From assembly GCA_031285625.1 (NCBI GenBank), contig JAITVV010000089.1, positions 29,931 to 93,930 of the forward strand: a stretch of 64,000 nucleotides of DNA. The letters run 5' to 3'. The stretch's first letter is position 1; each line of letters opens with the position of its first letter. Both the position numbers and the translations under genes were made by a program. The notes below the pieces were generated by a model. That model did no database searches, was not told where the DNA came from, and saw only the letters and a program-made list of their open reading frames with translations. Positions 49,258 to 59,141 of the stretch are shown piece by piece. The stretch is from Prevotella sp. (GTDB lineage Bacteria > Bacteroidota > Bacteroidia > Bacteroidales > Dysgonomonadaceae).

Positions 49258-49923
49258 ATGAAAGTTCATCACGAAGGACGCGGAGTTTTAACAACATATT
49301 TCATCATCCTGGTATTGCTCAATGGAATACTATGGTATTTCTTCCGTCATACTTTTCTGTCCTACCTTGTAGGAGGTGTATCCCTCGCTTTTTTTGGTAT
49401 CGTGCTGAATTTCTACCGAAGCCCCTATCGCCAATTTAAAGGAGATAGTGATGGTGTGGTAGTAGCTTCTGCAGATGGTAAAATAGTGGCTATAGAAGAG
49501 GTATACGAAGGGGAATATTTCAAAGATAAACGGATTGTTGTTTCTATTTTTATGTCGCCATTCAATGTACATGCTAACTGGTATCCTATAAATGGTAAAG
49601 TATTGATGTCGAAACACCACGACGGGCGATTTATGGCAGCATATCTACCTAAGTCCAGTACCGAGAACGAACGCTCTACAGTGGTAATGGAAACAGAAGA
49701 TACAAAACACCAGATATTATTACGACAGGTAGCAGGAGCAATGGCCCGCCGCATTGTCACATATGCCCAGGTAGGAGAAATAGCACACATAGATGAACAT
49801 CTGGGATTTATTAAACTCGGTTCGCGCGTTGATGTTTACCTACCTTTAGGAACTGAAATACTGGTAGAAATGGACCAGAAAGTAATCGGTAACCAGACTG
49901 TTATTGCTAAATTCCAATCATAA
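49258..49923 (+). CDS. psd: Phosphatidylserine decarboxylase proenzyme
   Basis: ADGK, SIFMSPFNVH, KSSTENER, GFIKLGSRVD (LGS cleavage site). Confidence 0.93.
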   Translation: MKVHHEGRGVLTTYFIILVLLNGILWYFFRHTFLSYLVGGVSLAFFGIVLNFYRSPYRQFKGDSDGVVVASADGKIVAIEEVYEGEYFKDKRIVVSIFMSPFNVHANWYPINGKVLMSKHHDGRFMAAYLPKSSTENERSTVVMETEDTKHQILLRQVAGAMARRIVTYAQVGEIAHIDEHLGFIKLGSRVDVYLPLGTEILVEMDQKVIGNQTVIAKFQS

Positions 49924-49927
49924 CTAT

Positions 49928-50638
49928 ATGAAAAAATATATCCCGAATACACTCACTTCTTTCAGCCTCTTTTCCGGAAGTATTGCTACGGTTATGGCCT
50001 TTGAGGGAGAATACTATTGGGTTGTAGTTTGGGTTATTATAGCAGCAATATTCGATTTTTCAGACGGATTTGCAGCACGACTCCTAAAGGCTTACTCACC
50101 TATGGGTAAAGAGCTGGATTCACTATCTGATATGGTTAGTTTCGGACTGGCTCCAAGTGTTACAGTATTCAGGTTTTTATCAGAAAATGTAAACCGTATA
50201 TCAGACAATCCTGTCATTGTTGAGTATCTGCCATACATAGCTTTTTTACTGGCCATATTTTCCGCTTTACGTCTGGCTAAATTTAATATTGACGAACGGC
50301 AATCAGATTCTTTTATAGGACTCAATACCCCGGCTAACGCCCTGTTCTGGGTAAGCTTCTGTTACGGATTAACATATAGTGTACCTGTTTTGAGCCCTAC
50401 ATTAATATATACTTTCATAGCTGCCATCATAGTATTTTCATTACTGATGACCTCAGAAATACCAATGTTCTCTCTTAAAATAAAAAGCCTGAAATTTAAA
50501 GGTAATGAACACCGTTATTTTCTTGCCTTATTTATGATTGGGATGGTAGCATGGCTAGGTATATTAGGTATTGCAGGAGGCATATTACTCTACATCACCT
50601 TATCTATCTTTCAACAAACCGGTGTATTGAGAAAGTAA
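49928..50638 (+). CDS. pssA: CDP-diacylglycerol--serine O-phosphatidyltransferase
   Basis: IPN, DFSDGFAAR..S..GKELDSLSDMVSFGLAP, RLAKFN; adjacent to psd. Confidence 0.92.
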   Translation: MKKYIPNTLTSFSLFSGSIATVMAFEGEYYWVVVWVIIAAIFDFSDGFAARLLKAYSPMGKELDSLSDMVSFGLAPSVTVFRFLSENVNRISDNPVIVEYLPYIAFLLAIFSALRLAKFNIDERQSDSFIGLNTPANALFWVSFCYGLTYSVPVLSPTLIYTFIAAIIVFSLLMTSEIPMFSLKIKSLKFKGNEHRYFLALFMIGMVAWLGILGIAGGILLYITLSIFQQTGVLRK

Positions 50639-50722
50639 CAGATTCTCTTAATTTATTCCACAAAATTAATCATAACCACAGTGTTGATATTAGTAAATAT
50701 CAACCATACTCGTAGATTTTCA

Positions 50723-51433
50723 TCACCTCATCGACTGATCAAATATATATGGGCTTAATGCTCCTCTGATGGATACAGTAATCAGAGCAGTGTAAGGTGC
50801 AATATTTCCTCCATTATTTACATGGATATAAACTGTTTCTTTTTGGGGGTTATAATAGACAACCATATTTTCGATATCAGGTTCAAGAAGATGCTCATAT
50901 ATTCTCTTGGGTACAGGAATATTACGACCATTTATAGAAACTGTTATAGCCTTGTAACATAACTTCGGAGTACCCCAGTTTCCTACACCTCTTGCAACTT
51001 TTCCATTTACCCTATAAACCCCATCCGATCCTTTCTTTAAGGATGTTGCCGGAGCTACTGACATAGTCACCCTTACGGCATTATTTCTGAAATAAATAGC
51101 ACCATGTGCAGACAGCCTTTCTACTTCAACAATATCATAGTCATCTACTCTCATTAGCTTGGTAGACTGTATGTAGCCTTTCCTTACATTTCTGTCCGGC
51201 AAATATTGATATACCTGACGCCATGGATCTATACCAAGATCGACAGGCAGCATATAAAAGACTGAATCGTTGGGAATAGTTACAGAATTATTAGTATCAT
51301 TAGGACGGGAAGCAAAATCGATTCTTCCGCGTATCGTGTCCTGTGCCAGTACAAATTGTGCATAAGTTCTTTCTCCGCACAAACTCAAAACAAATGAGAT
51401 AAGTAAAATTGTGTAAGTCTTTTTCATATGCAT
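50723..51433 (-). CDS. Hypothetical exported protein
   Basis: Signal peptide ending TYAQ; no recognised domain. Confidence 0.6.
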   Translation of the reverse strand: MHMKKTYTILLISFVLSLCGERTYAQFVLAQDTIRGRIDFASRPNDTNNSVTIPNDSVFYMLPVDLGIDPWRQVYQYLPDRNVRKGYIQSTKLMRVDDYDIVEVERLSAHGAIYFRNNAVRVTMSVAPATSLKKGSDGVYRVNGKVARGVGNWGTPKLCYKAITVSINGRNIPVPKRIYEHLLEPDIENMVVYYNPQKETVYIHVNNGGNIAPYTALITVSIRGALSPYIFDQSMR

Positions 51434-51482
51434 GATATTTTAATGTAAAGATCAGAAATGGACCAGATAGTAAAGTTACAAA

Positions 51483-52148
51483 TTATTCTATAACCTTATA
51501 AGATTGCCGGGCTTCGGTTATAGAGACTGCATTGAAATGCCACCATTCTCCTCTTATAGTCTTAAAGCCTGCATGAATCATTACTTTTCTCAACAGTTCG
51601 CGATTCTTTACCTGTTTATTTGTCAAAACACCTTTTTGAATAAGCTCTGCTTCTTTATTGATTCCTGCTGCACTGCCAAAAAAATCGAAAGGAGTACCCA
51701 TATCCAAAGGTGTTCCATCCTTGTCGCAAATGGTAAGATCAACAGCCATGCCGTAATTATGCAATCCGGTACGGGTAGGATTCGCTACATAAGCAGCATA
51801 TGGCGTATTCTGTACTACTTTGTACATTTTCTTTTGTATACTCAACGGACGAACAGCATCATATACCAGCAAACTATAATCGGCATGGAGGGCTTTCAAA
51901 TACTTCTGTGCTTTAATTAATTTATCCGCGGCCAGTGGATGCAGGTATATATTTAACAATGTGTCGTAAAGAATTGTTTTTGTGAAATTATCGGTCGTAG
52001 CATACTTTAGCTCTGAACGAATAGAGTTATCCATTGCACTCACATTCACCAGATTTTTTGTTTGTAAATATGATTCAAGATTTTCTGCCTTTTTCTGAGC
52101 CATTAGTGAAAATGGCAATAACAAAAGGAAGAGACATATCTTATTCAT
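51483..52148 (-). CDS. Exported D-Ala-D-Ala dipeptidase (VanX/DdpX, M15D)
   Basis: YATTDNF, YDAVRP, HNYGMAVDLT, DMGTPFDFF, EWWHF. ATG 52148 overlaps the upstream stop and gives a signal peptide. Confidence 0.9.
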   Translation of the reverse strand: MNKICLFLLLLPFSLMAQKKAENLESYLQTKNLVNVSAMDNSIRSELKYATTDNFTKTILYDTLLNIYLHPLAADKLIKAQKYLKALHADYSLLVYDAVRPLSIQKKMYKVVQNTPYAAYVANPTRTGLHNYGMAVDLTICDKDGTPLDMGTPFDFFGSAAGINKEAELIQKGVLTNKQVKNRELLRKVMIHAGFKTIRGEWWHFNAVSITEARQSYKVIE

Positions 52149-52998
52149 CTTCGTCATCCTCTTCATCAAAATCATATTCAATATACTCACGACTTAATAT
52201 TTCATCGATTAAGGCGCAAGTTTCCGTGAATTCTGCTGTATCCTTCAATCTGTCAATAGACAAATATGCTTCTTTGAGAGATTTAAGCATGATCTCATCA
52301 TCTTCACTCGGTCCCATTTCAGGGCTTTCCACAAACCAATGCAGCTCATTCTTCAGATTCTCGCGGGCAGCATTGTAGAAGACAAGAGCAGCTTCTGATT
52401 CTCCAACTTCCTCTTTTATTTTTGCAGCTTCTATCATATCATGTCCAAGCACATTCTTATAGTTACTCATAATAGACAAGGTGAGCTTTGTCCTCATCAC
52501 TATCGCAAAATGTAACCCATCTACATCTTCCTTTTCACGGAAATAGTAAGCCAATGTATTTAATGACATACGTATCGATGCAGCTTCTGTAACTACTAGC
52601 TCACTCACTCGCCTTACAGGATAGCCATGTGCATCGCTTTGCAGTCTTTCAACCATATCCGGCACAAAGTCAAAGAGCTTGTAAATCACAGCTTCTTTCA
52701 CTTCCTCATAATTACCATTAATTTCCAGAGCGAAAACCAAACGGATCAGATTCCTGAAAAAAGAGCTGGTACCTTCTTTTACTGTAACAAAATCATATGC
52801 ATCGAGGATATTACTCTTACCCTCAGTAAATAGTTCTGTGAGTACCTGGTTGGTCAGGCTATTTTCTTCTGTAGGAAGAACTGTAAGCAGTTCATCTATC
52901 TTATTTTCTAATATTAGATCCCAGATTTGCTTATCGTCTGTGTTAAAGAACGGTTTTATTTCCTCATTCAGAGTCAGTGTCGGTTTGTTGTTCGTCAT
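52141..52998 (-). CDS. Hypothetical acidic, predicted alpha-helical cytoplasmic protein
   Basis: 285-aa ORF overlapping both neighbours; acidic tail DFDEEDDEDE; no signal peptide. Confidence 0.7.
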   Translation of the reverse strand: MTNNKPTLTLNEEIKPFFNTDDKQIWDLILENKIDELLTVLPTEENSLTNQVLTELFTEGKSNILDAYDFVTVKEGTSSFFRNLIRLVFALEINGNYEEVKEAVIYKLFDFVPDMVERLQSDAHGYPVRRVSELVVTEAASIRMSLNTLAYYFREKEDVDGLHFAIVMRTKLTLSIMSNYKNVLGHDMIEAAKIKEEVGESEAALVFYNAARENLKNELHWFVESPEMGPSEDDEIMLKSLKEAYLSIDRLKDTAEFTETCALIDEILSREYIEYDFDEEDDEDE

Positions 52999-55900
52999 TA
53001 GTTTCAGTATTTATGGTTGTTTCTTGTGGCGAATTTCCTTTTTTTATAGCCCAGTATATTTCCTCCTGGATTCGCGAACGAATATTAAGACTCGAAATTG
53101 CTTTATGTGTCCGTTTATCGTTCACCCTGTTTGACAAAAATATATAAATTAAATTATTATCCGGGTCTACCCAGAAACATGTTCCTGTAAATCCCGTATG
53201 CCCGTATGTACTGGCAGGTGTACTTGGCGAAGTCGGACTTGATTTACTTGTACTTGTTTCAGGCTTGTCAAAGCCCAATCCGCGACGCGATATACCGCTC
53301 TTGGTATTCATAAATACCTGAATAGTTTTTGTTGACAAATATTGCTCACCACCATATGTTCCTTTATTAAGCCACATCTGATAGAGTTTTGCAATGTCAT
53401 TTGCATCAGAAAACAGTCCGGCATTACCCGATATTCCACCCATAAAGGCAGCCCCTTCATCATGCACATATCCCTGTATAAGCTGCTTCCGGAGAAAATC
53501 ATCTTTCTCTGTGGGAACAATTTGATTCTTTTCGAAGCGGGTCAGTGGATTATATGTCGTTGTAGTAGCCCCAAGTTTGCGAAAAAAGTTTTCCTGTACA
53601 AATGTATTCAGATCCTCTTTCGATACTTTTTCCACCACCTCTTTCAGCAACATGAAATTAAGGCAGCTATATACATACCTTTTTCTTTTGTTTAGCTTGG
53701 AATTGGCTATTGCAGTTATAATTGTATCATTATAAGATTGATTGATATATAGACCATCCGCTAAGGGTAAAAATTTAGGTTTAGCAGTTGTAGATACCAT
53801 ATTGGGTTTGAACTTATAATCGGTACGTGCGTAAGTATTGGCATCGAATTCTGCTGAATATAGAGAAGTCCATGTTCTGTTAAATAATTTACCTTCATAG
53901 CTATCCTTATCTATAGCATCCATATAATAGGGAATAAAAGAAGGTAGCCTACTTTCGTGAAGAAGCGCATCACGAACTGTTATATCTGACTTATCAGTTC
54001 CTTTTAGCAGAGGGACAAAACTACTTATTTCGGAATTCAACTTTAATTTCGATTGATCATATAGTTTCATTATAGCCGGAAGTGTAGCTGTGGCTTTGGT
54101 CATAGAAGCAAGATCATAAATATCTGTATCTGTTACTTTCTGCTTGCCACTATAATCAAATGTACCAAAAGCCTTATTGTAGATAACCTCACCATCTTTA
54201 GCCACTAAAATCTGGCAACCGGGGAAAGCCTGGTTAGTTATACCTTCCTCCACAATCGCTTCTATCCCATTCATACGGCTGGAAGAAATTCCTACTTCCT
54301 CAGGAATTGAATAGCCCAGCCTGACCTTCTCTGTTTCTATTCCAGTCCCTTCTCTAAAGATATCTCTTACACTAACAGGAAGTTTTCCATTGATATCGTT
54401 TCCTCCAAAAAGGGCTTGTGCTGCATACTCCTGTGCCAGATCAGTATTCTCATAGGCATGGAGAATTCCATCGGCACTTTTGATCGAAGAAGCATACGAA
54501 CTGATACGGTAAGGGTTTATAAAGAATGTTATTATTATTTCTTTACCTTGTCCGATATTCTGAATAGCCAAGTTTGCGTTGCCTTTTGTATTATGGATAG
54601 ATACAATAACCGTATTATACGGTTCCAGCACCTTTTTTAGCTTCAACAATCCTTCTCCATCGGCTACATTAAATGTAGTTACATCTGCATACTTCTTCAA
54701 AGTGGTATGAAATTCATTATTTGCAGACGAACCTACAGAAACGGCAGCAATCTTCCTCTTATCCAGTTCTTTCAGCGGAATAATCTTATTACCATCTTTT
54801 AATAAAGTCATAGCACCACGATTCAATACCCTGTTAATCCATTCTGCACTTGTACTGTTCAGGTTTTGAGACAGGTTGGTTGTTTCTATAGATTGAGGAT
54901 TATTCAGTCCCAGAATATATTTATATGCCAACACTTTCTTACATTTCATTTCTATCTGCGCTTCCGATAGCAGATTATCATCTACTGCCTTTTTTACAGC
55001 ATTATATTCTTTAGGCACATTTATTGGCCCTAGCAGAATATCATTTCCGGCTTGCAATGCGCGCACACAATAGTTGTCTTCGCCTGAAACCCCTTTCATC
55101 TGGAGCCCATCTGTAAATATCAAGCCTGAGAAGCCCAGTTCGTCTTGCAGAAGTTTGGTTACAACTGCTTCTGATAGAGAGCTGGGTTGCCTTTTGGTAT
55201 CCAGAGCAGGTATATCCAGATGTCCTATCATCATACCCGACAATCCGGCATTGATATATTCTTTGAATGGCTTCAGCTCAAATTCATCCAGCCTTTTTCT
55301 ATCATGCGTTATAGTCGGCAATGTTTTATGTGAATCGGTAGAAGTATCGCCATGACCGGGAAAATGTTTGGCCACAGCCATAACCCCTCCGGCTTCAAGG
55401 CCTTTGGAATACATCACACCCAGTTTGGCTACACGATCAGGGTCTTCACCGAACGAACGGTATCCGATAACCGGATTACTAGGGTTACTATTTACGTCGA
55501 GTGCAGGGGCAAAATTCACATGTATACCCATCTGCTTACACTGACGAGCGACTTCGAGTCCATAGTAATAAAGCAACGAATCGTTTTGAATAGCTCCCAA
55601 CATCATATTATATGGGAAACGGGTGGTATTTGACAATCTCATCGATAACCCCCATTCCCCATCCAATGATATCATTAATGGAGTTTTTGCAGATTTCTGA
55701 GAATAATTTGTAAGTGCAGCCTGGCTTTGGGGATTTCCTTTCGAGAACAAAAGCCCTCCTACTTTCTGGTTTTTTATCAGATTTCTTATAGCATTCTTGT
55801 TTGCTTCCGTATTATCTCCGGGAACAATGGGCATGAAGAGCTGTCCGATACGTTCGTCCACTGTCATCTGATCATAAACAGAGTCGACCCATTGATTCAT

Positions 55901-56017
55901 TTTATCTTTGTCAGCCGAATCGTATAATGCCGGTATTGTTCTATTATCGGTAGCTATTGCATTGAGGCAGGAAATTGTGAAAACAGCAATTACGGCGGCT
56001 ATATATCTTATATTCAT
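52964..56017 (-). CDS. GH3 beta-N-acetylglucosaminidase fused to a beta-lactamase-like serine hydrolase domain
   Basis: DGEWG, NFAP, RSFGED, KHFPGHGDT..DSH, FTDGL; C-terminal ASMTK, YSCLNF, VHDE, GHTGFTG. Confidence 0.92.
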   Translation of the reverse strand: MNIRYIAAVIAVFTISCLNAIATDNRTIPALYDSADKDKMNQWVDSVYDQMTVDERIGQLFMPIVPGDNTEANKNAIRNLIKNQKVGGLLFSKGNPQSQAALTNYSQKSAKTPLMISLDGEWGLSMRLSNTTRFPYNMMLGAIQNDSLLYYYGLEVARQCKQMGIHVNFAPALDVNSNPSNPVIGYRSFGEDPDRVAKLGVMYSKGLEAGGVMAVAKHFPGHGDTSTDSHKTLPTITHDRKRLDEFELKPFKEYINAGLSGMMIGHLDIPALDTKRQPSSLSEAVVTKLLQDELGFSGLIFTDGLQMKGVSGEDNYCVRALQAGNDILLGPINVPKEYNAVKKAVDDNLLSEAQIEMKCKKVLAYKYILGLNNPQSIETTNLSQNLNSTSAEWINRVLNRGAMTLLKDGNKIIPLKELDKRKIAAVSVGSSANNEFHTTLKKYADVTTFNVADGEGLLKLKKVLEPYNTVIVSIHNTKGNANLAIQNIGQGKEIIITFFINPYRISSYASSIKSADGILHAYENTDLAQEYAAQALFGGNDINGKLPVSVRDIFREGTGIETEKVRLGYSIPEEVGISSSRMNGIEAIVEEGITNQAFPGCQILVAKDGEVIYNKAFGTFDYSGKQKVTDTDIYDLASMTKATATLPAIMKLYDQSKLKLNSEISSFVPLLKGTDKSDITVRDALLHESRLPSFIPYYMDAIDKDSYEGKLFNRTWTSLYSAEFDANTYARTDYKFKPNMVSTTAKPKFLPLADGLYINQSYNDTIITAIANSKLNKRKRYVYSCLNFMLLKEVVEKVSKEDLNTFVQENFFRKLGATTTTYNPLTRFEKNQIVPTEKDDFLRKQLIQGYVHDEGAAFMGGISGNAGLFSDANDIAKLYQMWLNKGTYGGEQYLSTKTIQVFMNTKSGISRRGLGFDKPETSTSKSSPTSPSTPASTYGHTGFTGTCFWVDPDNNLIYIFLSNRVNDKRTHKAISSLNIRSRIQEEIYWAIKKGNSPQETTINTETNDEQQTDTDSE

Positions 56018-56167
56018 TGTCTTTCTTTTGTAAAGGGATTTTGAGGCATTTGTTTTACCTCATACAAAAATATAAGTAATATATTCTTACACAAAAAGAT
56101 TGGTCGTTTTATAAACATAGATTAACATCAAAAGACATAATTATAGCATCTAAAAATCATGACCGAC

Positions 56168-56857
56168 TCAGCCAGCTGTTCCCACAGCATAGATACTAAT
56201 CTTGCTACCCTCACTTTTCAGAATTTCCTTTGCACATGACTCTAGGGTAGAGCCAGTAGTAATTACATCATCAACCAATAGGATATGTTTATTCTCAAAA
56301 GCATTTTTATTTATGACTGAGAAAATATCTTCAACATTCTTCCACCTGTCGAAGCGGGCATTCTTCGTTTGCGAAGGATTGTTTATTTTGCGAATAAGAT
56401 TCTCACCATCAACAGGTATCCCTGTTTTTGCAGATATTCCTTTACATATCTCAGCTGATTGATTGTAACCTCTTTCTTTTTGCCTTTTAGGATGCAGAGG
56501 GACTGGAACCAGTAAATCAATAGTTGAGATAAAATCACTGTTTTTTATGGTTTCTCCACAGAGTTCGCCAATAAAATTTCCGATTTTGGAATTATGATTA
56601 TATTTCAGTTCGTGGATAATGTTCTGAATACTTCCTCCTTTTACGAAGTAAGCATAGGCAGCAATATGCTGAAAAGGAATACGTCCCGCGAAAAACTGCT
56701 CTAAGCGATTATCCGGTTGAAGATGAAAATTTGTTGTAGGCAAGAGTAAAAGGCAGTCGGTACAAATATACTCTTCTCCTTCACTTAGGCGTTCTCTGCA
56801 GACGACACACAGATAAGGAAAAAACAGGTCGAGAAAATCACGAAATATATTCCTCAT
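56168..56857 (-). CDS. ComF family phosphoribosyltransferase-like protein
   Basis: CxxC/CxxC, VPVPLH, RGYNQS, LLVDDVITTGST. Confidence 0.92.
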   Translation of the reverse strand: MRNIFRDFLDLFFPYLCVVCRERLSEGEEYICTDCLLLLPTTNFHLQPDNRLEQFFAGRIPFQHIAAYAYFVKGGSIQNIIHELKYNHNSKIGNFIGELCGETIKNSDFISTIDLLVPVPLHPKRQKERGYNQSAEICKGISAKTGIPVDGENLIRKINNPSQTKNARFDRWKNVEDIFSVINKNAFENKHILLVDDVITTGSTLESCAKEILKSEGSKISIYAVGTAG

Positions 56858-57323
56858 AGTCCCCTCCGAGCAGTTTGTCTACACACTTGATGGATAGATC
56901 CATAGAGAAGCCTCTCCCCAAAGCAAAGCGTATCAGTTTAGTTTTTTTATCATAGTCATTCTTTGCTTTTACTGACTTAACTTTTACAGAAAGAATGTGC
57001 ATGAGTTGTTTTTCGAACTCATCTCCGGCAAGTTCATCCAATACCGGATCATATATTGAGCTTGGGATATTGAGCTTTTTTAATTCAAAGATGATTTTTG
57101 TTTTTCCCCATTTATTAAATCGCAGTTTATCATTGATAAAACTTCGGGCAAACCGGTTGTCGTCAAGATATTTTTCTTTTTTCAGGCGGTCGATTATTCG
57201 TTTTATTGCATCATCAGGCAATTCCCAAGCAACGAGTTTTTTGCGCACGGAGGACTCTGACCGTTCCGCTCTGGAACAATAGGATGCTACCCGGTTGAGG
57301 GCTTGTGGTTCGGAAAGTTTCAA
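56838..57323 (-). CDS. recX: Regulatory protein RecX
   Basis: YCSRAER, YLDDNRFARSF, NKWG, RFALGRGF. Confidence 0.9.
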   Translation of the reverse strand: MKLSEPQALNRVASYCSRAERSESSVRKKLVAWELPDDAIKRIIDRLKKEKYLDDNRFARSFINDKLRFNKWGKTKIIFELKKLNIPSSIYDPVLDELAGDEFEKQLMHILSVKVKSVKAKNDYDKKTKLIRFALGRGFSMDLSIKCVDKLLGGDYEEYIS

Positions 57324-57377
57324 TCTCTTTTGCTTTTAGATTATAAGTCAAAAGTAGGAAAAAATTGTCAGGTATAG

Positions 57378-57450
57378 TTTGTCATTCTGAACGAAGTGAA
57401 GAATCCCGACCCTCTGACATGAGATTCTTCACTTCGTTCAGAATGACAAA
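57378..57450. repeat. Perfect 28-bp inverted repeat (REP/MITE-like palindrome)
   Basis: TTTGTCATTCTGAACGAAGTGAAGAATC (57378-57405), a 17-nt spacer, then its exact reverse complement (57423-57450). Confidence 0.85.
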
Positions 57451-57455
57451 AATAA

Positions 57456-57983
57456 TTACTTCAATACTTCCAATAATTGAGGTATAAGTTCCGGAATAGC
57501 ATTTTCGGTTTGAGCTGTATAGATATTACCATCCACAATCGCTTTCTCGTCAGTTCCGATACAGTCTTTAACCACATCTTTGATAAAAGGGTGCAGAGCA
57601 ACCTTTTTCCCTTTTCCTATTCCCAGGTTATCATATAGAAGCGCTGCTGCACAATGTCCGATCATGATCTTGCCTTTATCATCAAAGTTCTTCATTACTG
57701 CCAGCATGTCCTGATTATATTGCTCACCGGCATTCTCACTAAACTTAGGTATAGCATCACCACATGCAAAAACCAAAGCATCATATGCATCCTCATTTCC
57801 TTTCAGACTAGCCACTACATCATCAGCCTGGATGCTGATACCTGAATTGGTCTTTACATTTATACTATCGGATACTGCAAATGTTTTGTACCCCACATTG
57901 TTTTCGTAAAATGCTTCCAGATACTGGAATAAACCTGCCCCATTTACAGGATTTACAACTAATACTGCTACTTTTTTTGCCAT
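57456..57983 (-). CDS. DJ-1/PfpI family protein
   Basis: MAKKVAVL, YDALVFACGD, GHCAA, IVDGNIYTAQ; TATGTTTG box at 58038-58045. Confidence 0.88.
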   Translation of the reverse strand: MAKKVAVLVVNPVNGAGLFQYLEAFYENNVGYKTFAVSDSINVKTNSGISIQADDVVASLKGNEDAYDALVFACGDAIPKFSENAGEQYNQDMLAVMKNFDDKGKIMIGHCAAALLYDNLGIGKGKKVALHPFIKDVVKDCIGTDEKAIVDGNIYTAQTENAIPELIPQLLEVLK

Positions 57984-58089
57984 AATTTTTAATCTTTTAT
58001 AATAGTTACTAATAGTAATTATATTACTTTTGTAGTGCAAACATACGATTAGTAATCTTATTATCCAAGAACGAACATCTTGATAATTA

Positions 58090-58107
58090 AGTTACAAGAA
58101 TGTAACT
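58090..58107. promoter_or_regulatory. Palindromic operator, probably for the adjacent HxlR regulator
   Basis: AGTTACA-AGAA-TGTAACT; a related imperfect copy AGTTACTAATAGTAATT near 58003-58019. Confidence 0.5.
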
Positions 58108-58136
58108 AGTATTGATTTACAACAACTTACAATTGA

Positions 58137-58508
58137 ATGAAAATGGAAACTTTTTTACACATCGATACTTGTCCTATCAGGGACATTGTAAGCAGGCTGG
58201 GAGATAAATGGTCTCTTCTAGTACTTGCCACCTTACATGCCAATGGCACGATGCGATTCAATGATATTCATAAATCGATAGGCGATGTTTCGCAGAGGAT
58301 GCTAACTGTGACTTTACGATCGCTAGAAGCAGATGGACTTATTTCCAGAAAGATTTATGCGGAAGTACCTCCACGGGTTGAATACCGTCTTACGGAATCC
58401 GGTAATGAACTTATGCCTTACCTGAACAATCTCGTGGAATGGGCATTAAAGCACTCAGGTAATATAATCCAAAACAGGCGGGAATATACGAATAAAATGG
58501 ACAAATAA
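58137..58508 (+). CDS. HxlR (DUF24) winged-helix regulator
   Basis: CPIRD..SRLGDKWS, RFND, SQRML, EVPPRVEYRLT. Confidence 0.93.
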   Translation: MKMETFLHIDTCPIRDIVSRLGDKWSLLVLATLHANGTMRFNDIHKSIGDVSQRMLTVTLRSLEADGLISRKIYAEVPPRVEYRLTESGNELMPYLNNLVEWALKHSGNIIQNRREYTNKMDK

Positions 58509-58556
58509 GAACTGCTACACATTTATTAAATGCATAGCAAGCTGCACAAATGGTCA

Positions 58557-58955
58557 TTAAGCAACATATACTCCTCCTGTCGGAATTCTTTCTATCCCTT
58601 TAAGCTGTATCTTAGCATTCCCCATCCAGTCTTCGTATGCTATTCTTATGTTATAATAACATACCCTGTTGCAAAATCTTCTTGATTTAAAAGCCTTATA
58701 TATTTTATAAGACGATCTCATCATTGCTTCACCTACATGGTGTACCATCTGCTTGTAGCCTTTATGACGTGTTTTTCCATTAATAAGTATATATGGCAAT
58801 TCTTTCTGTTTATCACCATTGATCAATACCGGAATCAATGTGAGAGCTTCATTGTTCCCTAACCTCATTTTAGGAATATCGATATACATATCAATATGAA
58901 AAGATTTTTCTTCTTTAGCAAGCTCGCTTGTTTGTATAATAAATAATTCGTCCAT
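58557..58955 (-). CDS. Stand-alone DUF3868-like protein
   Basis: LTLIPVL...ELPYILINGK.R and YEDWMGNA.I motifs; no signal peptide. Confidence 0.6.
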   Translation of the reverse strand: MDELFIIQTSELAKEEKSFHIDMYIDIPKMRLGNNEALTLIPVLINGDKQKELPYILINGKTRHKGYKQMVHHVGEAMMRSSYKIYKAFKSRRFCNRVCYYNIRIAYEDWMGNAKIQLKGIERIPTGGVYVA

Positions 58956-59141
58956 ATGATAGAAGTTTTTGTATAGTTAAAATATTAGTTTTCTTATGGG
59001 ACAAATTTATATACTTAGACTTTTGTTTACTCCTAAATTTTACCTCGAAAAGCGATAAAGGAGAAGCTTTTTTTGAAACAGAATCCTCCTTCAACCTTCT
59101 GTTTAAACCTAAAAAGTGTAAATTATGCGGATTTTTTATTT

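Noticed and set aside
51483-54300. VanX-like and beta-lactamase-like domains plus sanA as acquired antibiotic resistance
   Set aside because: No vanHA/vanRS or mobile context; these are common chromosomal cell-wall genes in Bacteroidetes.
5737-58040. N-terminal extensions from TTG starts (5737, 10068, 17143, 41427, 58040)
   Set aside because: Each TTG is part of a TAnnTTTG promoter box; downstream ATGs give family-typical N-termini.
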